Shown here: one piece after another, positions 41,001-50,789 of the stretch
Layout of the letters: each line of letters begins with the position of its first letter
Position numbering within the stretch: the stretch's first letter is position 1
Source: Phoronis australis
Taxonomy: Eukaryota; Animalia; Phoronida
Length of the DNA: 64,000 nt
Direction of reading: 5' to 3'
Assembly: GCA_002633005.1 (NCBI GenBank)
Contig: NMRA01000035.1
Span: forward strand, 1,431,214 to 1,495,213
The notes under the pieces: model-generated
The model's input: only the letters and a program-made list of their open reading frames with translations
What the model was told of the DNA's origin: nothing
The model's database searches: none
Made by a program: the position numbers and the translations under genes

Positions 41001-44000
41001 CATATTTCTCATTTACAGGATACTGCACCTTGTTTCACACAATCTGAAAATAGAATTGGCAGACGTGAGTGCATAAAATCACTAGCTGCCGACGCAACAT
41101 TTTCATGTATCTCCGTAGTGTGTAACAGTGAGGTGAATGATCATTTGTCATTGAATTCTTGAACTTGGGATTGTCAATATTGCATCGCTTCTAGAATCTG
41201 GCACAAGCCCTGACCTTGAGCAATATAATTATTTTTACAGTCTCAAACTGGAGAATCTTTATTGTACATGTCACCTAAAAAAACTCACTGTCATATGTGT
41301 TAAACTTGGCACGAAGAAAAGTGCAACAAGAAGAATTACATTTGCGACTAATCATTCTGCATTTCCTGAGTAACAGAAGGATAAAAGTGTAAAATCAAAC
41401 CTGAATGCCCCTGTGATGCGGGAACCCAGCAAAATGATCTTCCATCTTATTGGACAATGGTGTAGCGAATCGAACGCTATGATTGACTTGGTCTTTTGAA
41501 AGAACATGGACAGCAAAGTGTTGTGTGCGTAACAGTAAGTCATGCATGTCACTGAAAATGAAAAGTCATTGCACCTATGAGAATTCTATTGGACATAGAG
41601 TCGGCAATAGTCTCCAATAGTAATCTCGGATTTTGTGAACCAGTTTGATGCACGTTATTCAGTGGAAAAAAATGACTCTCAAAATGTGAGACCAGGTGAC
41701 TATTGCAGCTGAGTCATTACTGGGACTATGGCGAACTCAAAATCAATTATCGACAAAGAAAAAGTTGAACTTAACAGGAATACAATTCCAGCCTCTTAGT
41801 ACAGACCTTTAAATTATTTTTAAAAAACTGCATGCGTTTCCAAAGGTTCACACCCACGCAATGAAGAAGCGGACATCGCCAGTTACCCAAGTACATAACT
41901 ATGCTACTAACTCTTGAAACATGAAGCAGAACCAAGCAGTTGAAAACTTTGATGAAAATTGAACTTAGAACAAATAGTTGCAAGCACCTCTATGCTTCTT
42001 GTTTTAAAATCTATTGACAAAATTGAAAAAACTAGGGGCATTTTGCTTAGTGTGGTCAAAATTTCTAATTATGTCCATAAATTCAAGTACTGCTAATTGC
42101 CAACGTCATATGCCTACTGTACCAAATGATCAATATTCCATGAGTAAAAATTTGCCTCCTATCTCAAAACTGTTGCACATGTTGAGTAAAATTGTCATAA
42201 ACGCGTTACCACGACGTTTCAAATCCGGTTGTGGAGAAATAATGTCACATTATACTCTGACAAAGGTTCAACGAAAATGCTGGTTTATTGCGACAAAGTT
42301 CGAATTAAGTACCAACTAATTGCGACAAGATGTTTATCAAAGCTTGGCAAAGTCTGACAGAGTTCTGTCGAAGTCTGTCTAGTTTATATTGAAAACTACA
42401 ATTACTGCACAAGAGGAACACCGCAAAGCAGTCATCGGAAAATCTCAAACAACTCAAGAATGGTAAATTGAAGCCAGAAACTGGTGACACACTTCAGGTA
42501 GCTTTTAATGACGTCTATCTACGCACAAAATTTCAAAGCTAGAGGTCCGAAACGCAAAAATTTGTAAAACTGTTGTCACATTACCATCGTGTGTCTGACG
42601 TTAACCAAAAACAACACGAGTCAAGTTATCGATGAGCTACATGCTGTTTTTAATTTCACGTTCACCGGTCGAGGAATGCAATCTGCAGCGCGCAAACCAA
42701 TGAAAAAATCATGTCTGAGCAAGAGACTTGGTGAAATTTTCCAATTAAAAACGTGAGCGTTGTTTCTAACAGAAGCACGTCTTTCTTAAAGCCATGGTCC
42801 AAACAGTCAGTAGCAACAAGCACATGAACTCATATTTGTCTTTACGTTGAAAGCACAACACCACCACATACTGACATCAAACTTACTTGAGTTTTCCTAC
42901 CCTGCCTATACATACAGAAACTACGGCTGGTTCAATAGACACACTGGTAAACGAGCTGCAGGTGATCCCTCGCTTCAGGTAAGCCTGTTCCAACTCATCC
43001 CACTCAGCTGTAGTGACCACCACAACTGCAAGTAATATGCCACAAACATTCTAGTCAAGTCTAGTCTCAACAACATCACTGGTCCTTAAAACAGTCTATA
43101 TATCAATAGCACAAATCTACTCTTTGTATTGATGCCATCTACGCTTGGATGGTCAAAGAATAGGTCTTAGATCTGACAGAGATGGAGATCTCTCAGCAGG
43201 TTTCATTTAGAAATTCTGTTGAACGTTGTGTATTTAAAGGTATGCACAGTCCAAATTTGGTTAGCTTTGGATCAGAATCTCTAAAAAATGGCTGATCAGA
43301 TTCAAACTGAAACTTTAACATTTATCAAACAGAATTCGGTCATGATATTGAAAACATTGTTTTGCTAAATTTTACTAAAAGAGATGGTCACGAGACTCGA
43401 TTAATAGATTAGTCTAGTTAAAAATCAAAGCAGGCTCTCTACTTTCACATTATAAATACTTTTACACATCTAATTTCTAGTTTCAAGATACCATGGCTGA
43501 AAGCATGGAAGTGACAACTAGGGTGATGCAGGACCATATTGACACGTCTGTGTATTGAGCCCAAGACCAACAAAACTAGAGATTTTAACTCCTTAAAAGT
43601 ATACTTATATTTTCTGAAAGACGAAAGCCTGCAGAAATGAATATGGTTTGGGACTTTTTACCATGAATCTATCATATAAATTTAGTTATGTGACCATGTC
43701 TTTTTGGTAAAACTTAGCAAAAATGAAAAATAAATGGATCACTGGTATCAATAACATGATTAAATTTTAATTGATATAAATGTTCAAGATAAGATCTCGA
43801 AAATAGTGTTACAGTTTTATAAGATAGTTTTTAATTGATGCAATTTTTTCATGGAAATCATTTGAGTCCTAATTTTTGACAGGTCCTCATAGATTCTAAA
43901 AGTTTCACCTGAATCCAATCAGCACTTGCTGAGTCTGAGATACGATATTCTGAAGGTAACCAAATTTGGGCATTTTTTTCTAAGGTCCGACATGACCTTA

Positions 44001-45938
44001 ACAAACCAAACGTGTCATTTCTATTAAGCTTTGGTTAATTGAGCAATTGTTAGAGGACAATGTAATTGTAGAATACTTTTTCCTACACTGCCAAAAGTTA
44101 GCAAACACTTTTACTCTGGTCTGCATGCCACCTTTTGGCCACAGTTCCAACACAAACCAAAAGAAGACTGACCAGGCTGAGGCACTCTTCTCATAACTTT
44201 TTTAAAAGCAGCCGAGACATCACTCTGATCATGTTCAACTGTCCTTGATACACTGTGTGGTGCATGCTTGGATTGCACAGCTCCTTTAACTTGTGTCTTG
44301 GTATCCGTAATGGCTAAAACACAAAGATAAATTATCTTTGAATACCGGTATTGATAAGACACCTATCCGGGCACACGGGGATATAAAAAATGAAAGTGCT
44401 CTGAAAAGCAATACTCAAGGAGCAGTTGATTGAAAAAAATGAAGAAGACGACGTGGGCTGCGAAACAAAGATGACAACATCAATGGCAAAGAGTACGATA
44501 TCAGATATTGCAACACTGTCGATGATACTGTCGACAAAACCGACAACGAAATCGACTAAGATGACTATGTCACCTCCAGCACCGATGACAACGATGATGC
44601 AGTGACCACAAATATTGCTGTCTATTGTATTTAAATATACTCAAGATGTCGCCAACAATGAAACTGCTGCCAATGCCAACAACAATAACGCCACTGATGG
44701 CAATCAAGGCATGACGCCAATGACACCAATGATGATGACGACAACACTGACAATGTCATCTTCATCCTCCTGCACCTCCTCCTTGTCACAGCATCAAACA
44801 TTGATGAAAAAATTGATGAAGAAATATACGCTTTCACAAAGGGATAAGTCATCACTGATGAAAGCATTGAATGATCAAACAGCTTGAGAATTTAAGTCAT
44901 ATCCCCTGGTGTGAGCAGAGTAAAAATGGCGAATTGTCATTGGCAAATTGAAAGAAGGACTATTTGAAAAAAAGTTTGATTGCGGAAGCATTATGTTTCA
45001 GCTGTCAAATGTTAAAGATTTCAACAGCATCCTAAGGTGTCCCTCTGTGTGCAAAAGGTACTTATAGCAACATGACTCAGCTGTTTGAATCAGTGTGAGG
45101 CATAATTCACTGAAAAGCTTCCAGTGTGGACAGCTTTAGGGATGGACAGACTCTACTGGGGCCAGTTGAGATCAGTGGTAGTACTGTTTAATGTGACTTT
45201 GATGCCTGGCAGTTTATCCAGAGTGTGGCATAATTTCCTAACAAAACCTTCCCACTTACAGAGGACCTATGCCGGAACGGCCACCGTCTCTGAGGTACAC
45301 TCTGTCTAAGCACTGCAACTGGTGTTGTAATCATCAGCATCATTCTTTCTTGATCTTTCTGTGGTATGGTGTGGTTTTTCAGTTTTATGGTTCCCCAGAT
45401 GTTTCTTGTATTTATACTGCTAGCGGGAGGCATCTGGCAGCCTTTCACTCAGCATGCAATCAGGCCATCGGGGATGAACATCTAGACTGGGTAGCTGTGT
45501 TTTTACTGATGAGTACTTCAAGAAGACTCGCTGGTGAACCTGGCCCTGGGGCTGGGATACAACAGTATTGCGACTGCAGAAGTCAGGTTGAAAACGCCTT
45601 ACACTGTTCTCAAATTTACAAATAAAGATACAAGTATAATTAATAATATAATAAGAACTTTCATTCAACATGCAGTGTAAAGTTGACAAGGAAGGAGGAG
45701 GTATTTCCTTTTGACCTTGACGACCTTCGTTTGTTGCCGTCTGCTCGATTCTGAAAAAAAAACGAAACCACAACACCAAATTTCCAGATTATTGTTAAAA
45801 TAACCATGATAGCGTAGATTTTCATTTACCTGAACTACATAATCTACGGATAGATTCGCCATTTCGCTTAACCAGATGCCCACTTTGCAAGAAACTTGAA
45901 TGCTTCCACAGACGCCGCAAAAAACGTGAAGTTGACAT
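34981..45938 (-). CDS. Predicted mitochondrial flavin reductase (Flavin_Reduct/HpaC-RutF family) fused to an uncharacterised C-terminal domain; 8 exons, 368 aa
   Basis: Exons 45938-45830, 44313-44173, 43025-42887, 41551-41401, 40344-40196, 39087-38898, 36065-35875, 35017-34981 = 1107 nt, all GT..AG and in phase. Motifs FKKVMRRVPQPVVVVTT, RGITCSSFTSVSIEPAVVSVCI, FAVHVLSKDQ, LPILED, GDH, PLLYYSRSY. Confidence 0.9.
35875..36065 (-). CDS. Flavin reductase fusion exon 7 (VAHGYSETVTEFY..FHDFLTRNPHLLDRRLIFQYYT..SRE)
   Basis: ccattttag acceptor; AG|gtaatt donor. Confidence 0.88.
37329..37899. mobile_element. 571-bp PIF/Harbinger MITE, copy 2
   Basis: Same TIR and internal sequence as copy 1; TTA TSD on both sides. 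Confidence 0.92.
38798..38897. repeat. 23-bp minisatellite x4.3 abutting a splice donor
   Basis: Units GTTCTCCC(C/T)A(A/G)GGGCA(C/T)CAC(C/T)GA at 38798, 38821, 38844, 38867. Confidence 0.9.
38898..39087 (-). CDS. Flavin reductase fusion exon 6 (SYRAVGDEMFMQAFEDTTFPFDQWTHEAHIRMAWNYI..NEHL)
   Basis: ccattcag acceptor; TTG|gtgaga donor; open frame continues from exon 5. Confidence 0.88.
40196..40344 (-). CDS. Flavin reductase fusion exon 5 (NLPILEDTTAVIMC..IGDHFVWYGQV..PLLYYS)
   Basis: cttttcag acceptor; AG|gtagga donor; GDH motif. Confidence 0.92.
40365..40559. mobile_element. 195-bp palindromic MITE
   Basis: ~60-bp imperfect TIR containing ACGCAGTCGCCATTTTA...GTGAGCCTCTT. Confidence 0.8.
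41401..41551 (-). CDS. Flavin reductase fusion exon 4 (DMHDLLLRTQHFAVHVLSKDQ..FPHHRGIQ)
   Basis: ttttcag acceptor; CAG|gtttga donor. Confidence 0.9.
41604..41706. mobile_element. Second copy of the 11236-11343 palindromic MITE
   Basis: Matches the reverse complement of 11236-11343. Confidence 0.6.
42887..43025 (-). CDS. Flavin reductase fusion exon 3 (VVVTTAEWD..RGITCSSFTSVSIEPAVVSVCIGRVGKL)
   Basis: ttgcag acceptor; AA|gtaagt donor gives the correct phase. Confidence 0.9.
43238..43997. mobile_element. Possible decayed TTAA-flanked (Kolobok-like) non-autonomous element
   Basis: TTAA|AGGT ... ACC|TTAA ends; its 3' part resembles ~35430-35660; TIR match is weak. Confidence 0.35.
44173..44313 (-). 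CDS. Flavin reductase fusion exon 2 (..VSAAFKKVMRRVPQP)
   Basis: gttttag acceptor; G|gtcagt donor. Confidence 0.88.
44440..44790. repeat. Degenerate (GAY/AAY)n low-complexity tract in intron 1
   Basis: Runs of gatgac/aacaat/gacaac; no consistent frame. Confidence 0.6.
45830..45938 (-). CDS. Flavin reductase fusion exon 1 (MSTSRFLRRLWKHSSFLQSGHLVKRNGESIRRLCSS), presequence-like
   Basis: AAAATG start; Arg/Ser/Leu-rich with one acidic residue; phase-1 donor CAG|gtaaat matches the phase needed by exon 2. Confidence 0.78.
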
Positions 45939-45943
45939 TTTAC

Positions 45944-45981
45944 CCGGAAGCGCCGTTTCAGCCACAATGTAAAGCCACGTG
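45944..45981. promoter_or_regulatory. ETS/GABP-like (CCGGAAG) and E-box (CACGTG) motifs at the flavin reductase start
   Basis: CCGGAAG at 45944-50 and CACGTG at 45976-81 in a CpG-rich patch just upstream of the ATG. Confidence 0.4.
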
Positions 45982-47033
45982 TTTACAGATTAACCGTCTA
46001 GGTCTTCACCAGCGCTCAGACATGTAAAATTTCACAATACAATATGCCAAATATAGCAACTTAATTCACTTTTTGAAGTCTAGCGCAGCTGAACGAAGTA
46101 TCTTAACAAGATCCGCGCTCTTCACTCATCTGTGGCCTCAGTTCATCCGTGGCAGTGCGCGTCCGGGTCACGCTCGGAATTTGGGAGATAAAAAGATGAG
46201 GACAGGGTCTTGAATACTTTCCATCACAGTGATTGTTGAGAAGACGATTTTGTTTATGGTAAAGATATTGCAGAGCTGTATTATGCAGGACTTGCGTAAA
46301 CAAGAACCCCCATGCTGGGGAGACCTCTTTCAGTCCACATGGCCGTGCTGTGTTAGTGTGTATGGTACATGTACACAACGTCACAACGTCAACAGTCAAC
46401 ATGTTGTTGAATCTGAATGCGGAATGGCTTTGCTAGTCGAAATGAAATAGAAATACCGGGCTAAATACACACGTAGTGTGTTAGGTATTGGAGTGGCCCC
46501 AATGACAGAGTTTAGAAATTTGGGCAACACGTTGTACAGGAGTGCCCATGCAGGCATGCCGACAGTGATGCAGCTGCCGTCTTGTCTTGTCTCCTTGCGA
46601 AATATCGACAGACAAACAATAAGTTTTACCCTGTAACATGTTGTTTTTAGGGTAAAATAGGGGCATGGAAATGAAGGTGTGTCAAGAATGTTGCGTTCGA
46701 TTTGGTCAAATTAAGCTGTCACTCAAAATCCTGGCGTTAGATCAATTCCCTGCGATTATTTGGCACGGCACCATCAGCTGCGATCACGCCATCACTCAGA
46801 CTCAATACAATTGTAATACATCAGCATAACAGCATTCCGTGTAGGGTGGATCAACGACATGCGATCTCTCTTCACCTTCGGGGGCACGAAAAAAGTGCCA
46901 AGGGATAATTAATGTGTAGTTTGATAAGGTCAGATAATAACTATTTTTGTCATGATTTTTGTTTCAAAGCTAATTTCATTGAAAATGTTTTTTGCCGTGA
47001 ATATCGGTAAAATTTGAATAAAAATATCTACTT

Positions 47034-47358
47034 CAGGGCTACTCCCGGCCAGGACTGTGCCTGTGCGCCATTAGTGCATAAAAAAATAAAAAGGCACAAG
47101 TACAGTGCAGCCCCCTCAGGACGCACCTTTTATATAATGCAACGCTTTCCAAAAATGCAAGATTCTAGTCAGCTTACAGCCAGTTGGGTAAAATGTGACG
47201 TGTTCTTATTTCGATTGCCCTTGGGGTTTCTACTTTCATATGTTACCACTTTAATTACATTAAGTCTGCTGGGCACAGCTGTTTGAAAAAAATAAACAAT
47301 TTTTATCATCAGGTGCACCCAAAGGGCACAGGTTCATACCTGGTCAGGAATATTCCTG
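47034..47358. mobile_element. Decayed hAT-like MITE
   Basis: Imperfect TIR CAGGGCTACTCCCGGCCAGG / CCTGGTCAGGAATATTCCTG; no TSD. Confidence 0.5.
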
Positions 47359-47714
47359 TTATGTTAAAACCCCACAAGTGAGCACATATCTAGTGCCTGT
47401 ATGCGAAATAATATACATCGCAAGATTTTTCTACTCAAATGTTTCACGTATAGGAGATGTGTCTGTGCTTCACAATTAGGTGCATGAAGATGCTTTGGAG
47501 ACAGTGTGTTGTGAAGAGTTGAATCTTTGATTTAAAATTCTTTTTATAGACCCGAGTAAAGTCTGACTTTGACTGGCAGCTCTGTGCAACATGTCTTGTT
47601 TCAAAGAACGCCACTTTGCTTGAACTCAGTCTATCTTTATGATGCATGTACTTGCAGTGAATATGCATGACAGCACCACAATTGTGTACAAAAACTTTTG
47701 CGTGTAAAGGTCAG

Positions 47715-47852
47715 CAGGGGTGGATCGAGGATTTTGAGTTGGGGGGGGGGGGCAGGGCAGNCATTCACACCCTGGAACTGCCAAATGGAATCTAGGAGAA
47801 TGTTAGGGAATCATGGCCTCCTTGCCCCCCCCCCCTCCCAAATCTGCCACTG
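47715..47852. mobile_element. CAGTGGCGGATC-type MITE with 5-bp TSD
   Basis: CAGGGGTGGATC..polyG / polyC..ATCTGCCACTG; GTCAG on both flanks. Confidence 0.75.
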
Positions 47853-49129
47853 GTCAGCACAGGTCAGGCGATTTAGCTACGAGTTTAGTGAAAACGACGA
47901 CTTAACAGGGAACTTTTATAAAAAAGTAAATGAACGGGTATGTAATTGGAACCAAGAAAAAGTGACTGACAAGTTATGCGATGACTGGGCGTTTAGCAAG
48001 GTCACTTATACTTGGACAGCTGTGAATACAACCTATAATTTATCAATTGATAGCCTCCTTGACACTGTTCTTGGTGGCTGCATGTTTGTTGGTCCTGAGA
48101 AATGGTTATGTCACTGGTTATTGCCACCATTTTCAGTTGCACCTTTCGTTGGCCTGTTCGGGTGTAATGCTTGGTTTGAAACAGTTGCATCCATATGAGC
48201 TCCGAATGTAGCAGGACCCAAATGCAGGTTTGAGTAGAAATGACAGTCTGTTGTCAGTGTTCTCCACAATAGAAAATTGAAACTCAACTGGAATTAAGGG
48301 AAAAGTTTGGGAGTCCATGTCTGTACTGTGAGGTTTTTTGTGTTAAGTCTTGGAATAAATGCGTTGAATTTGTACTAAAAATCCAAAATGTCATAATTTA
48401 CTAAAGGTGACTAATTTTTCAAAAGTTCGAACTTGTTGCAGATTTTCAAACTCTACACAAGCAAGCAAAACTCGTCATCAGAAAATTCAAACTCGACTTA
48501 GTGACGAGTAAAAACATGCTGTGAAGAACTCTACTAGCATCAGTTGTTCCTTACTGTGGATTTTTAATATGCTTTGAATTTCATGGCATTTAATCAAGAT
48601 AAGATTTTACAAATATTTCAATGTTTTGATTGTTTTTCCATAAGAATGTTCAGACTTTTCTAGGGACACGCATTAAATTGTTCACCATCACTGTTACCTA
48701 GCGACTCGTGGCTTTGGCATTTGTTTTGAATCTGGTTAAGGTTGATTTTTTGATTTTTTATCGAAAATGAAAAAACTCAGTTTAACCCAACAATTTTAAC
48801 ACTCCTATTTGTCAGTCTGATCCAGTTACTTTAAGTTGCTTGTCACGGCCAGTTACTTTCAGTTGCCAATACAGTATAATGGCTGTTAGAGGGATTCCAG
48901 GCAGTTTATTATGTCCAACTTTGATTCAAACAAGGTAGTAACGACGTTGCTTTTGAAAAAGCAAACGCGCCTGTAATGAAAAGACGATGATTTACTGCCT
49001 GAATATGGTTTGTAGCCCTGAGTTTACAAGATCACATAAATCTGATTATAGATAAGATCACAAAAATTTTTTTTCAACTGTTTATTTATTCATTTCTCTT
49101 TTTAGGTCTGATTGTTCTTCACTCCAACC

Positions 49130-50789
49130 ATGAAGTGGCCCGTAAGACTTCCAAACATCATATCCTGGAGGTGTGCAGTCAGGCTTTACTCAAAGAAGAG
49201 CAAGAAATATTCTGACACGTTATATCTTCCAAAGACCAGCTTCCCTGTGTTAAGAAGTGAAGCAACCATTAAACGAGAGAAGGAAATCCAAAAGCTTTCT
49301 GCCTTTGTGTCGCTTTATAAGTGGCAAAGAGAGGCATTGGTTGGTGATGAGTTTGTACTACATGATGGTCCTCCGTATGCTAATGGTGAACCTCACGTTG
49401 GACATGCATTGAATAAAATAGTGAAGGATATTACAAATCGATACAAAGTCATGCGCGGCCACAAGATCTTTTTTCGACCAGGCTGGGATTGCCATGGTTT
49501 GCCGATAGAACTGAAAGCAACTTCCGATGATCACGCGCTTACCACTTTGGAGTTACGAGGTGCTGCCAGAAAATTTGCGGAGAAATCTATTGATGTGCAG
49601 AAATCACATTTCCAAAGTTGGGCTGTTATGGGTGACTGGGAGAACCCTTACTATACCTTTGACAAGAGTTATCAAGTTGAACAACTGAAAGCATTTTACA
49701 CCATGTATGAGAAAGGTCTGGTTTACCAAGATTATCTCCCGGTGTATTGGTCACCTTCATCCAGGACTGCGTTAGCTGAAGCTGAGCTTGTGTACAATGA
49801 TAATCATGTTAGTACCGCAGTGTATGTTTCGTTTGAAATATCTCAGTTGCCAGACTCGATACAGCGTAAATTACGTACAACAGATACTGTGCACGCAATC
49901 ATTTGGACCACCACACCATGGACGTTGCCTGCTAACGAAGCTGTCTGTTATGGACCCAATTTGAATTACATTTTTGCAAGGTGCTCGAAGACGGGAAACA
50001 TCTATCTCATGGCTTCCGACTTAATGGCTGCTGTCGGAAAAGAAATCGATACGTCATGGCAGTTGTTGTTGACTGTCGATGGCTCAGAATTGTCCGGCAC
50101 AAAATATTTACATCCATTACGGAATCAGTTCGAAGGTCAGTTTCTGCCTGGTCACCATGTCATGAGCGATCAAGGTACTGGCTTAGTGCACACAGCACCT
50201 GCCCATGGCTTTGATGACTTCCATATCGCCTTAGGAGGTCGTCTACCTGTTGACTGTTGGGTGGATGAAAGTGGTTGTTATAATGGTGATGTTCTGCCCT
50301 CGTCCTTGAGAGGTGTCTCTGTATTAGACAAGGGTAGTTCACAAGTGATTGACTTGCTGGCGGAAAACGTTTTGCACTCTGAAAATTACCGTCACAGCTA
50401 CCCTTACGATTGGAGGACTAATAAGCCAGTCTTGATACGAGCGAGTAAGCAGTGGTTCATCAATACGGACCGAATAAAACAACAGGCTGAGCAGTGTCTG
50501 GCCAATGTTCCGGTGAATCCGCCATCGTTTAAAAGCTCTTTGATAACTCAGCTCAATGCCCGGCCGTATTGGTGTATTTCCCGACAGAGGGTTTGGGGTG
50601 TTCCAATTCCAGTATTTTACAACAAGGCAACTGGTGAGCCTCTGATATGTCCTACTAGCCTGGATCACATTGTGGGTTTAATCGCGCAGCAAGGTGCTGA
50701 CATCTGGTGGACACTTCCCATGGACCAGCTGTTGCCCCAAAGTGTGATTGAACAGTGTGGTGCTGACCTAAATGCAGAATATGTCAAAG
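49130..50789 (+). CDS. IARS2: IARS2 coding exon 1
   Basis: ACCATG start after a ttttag acceptor at 49104-05; phase-1 donor AAAG|gttgtt. Confidence 0.93.

Noticed and set aside
44615-44887. Asn/Thr/Met-rich ORF
   Set aside because: Explained by a low-complexity trinucleotide tract inside an intron.
45830-45862. Alternative start MANLSVDYVVQ
   Set aside because: Phase 0 at the donor is incompatible with exon 2; the ATG at 45938 gives the right phase and a presequence.
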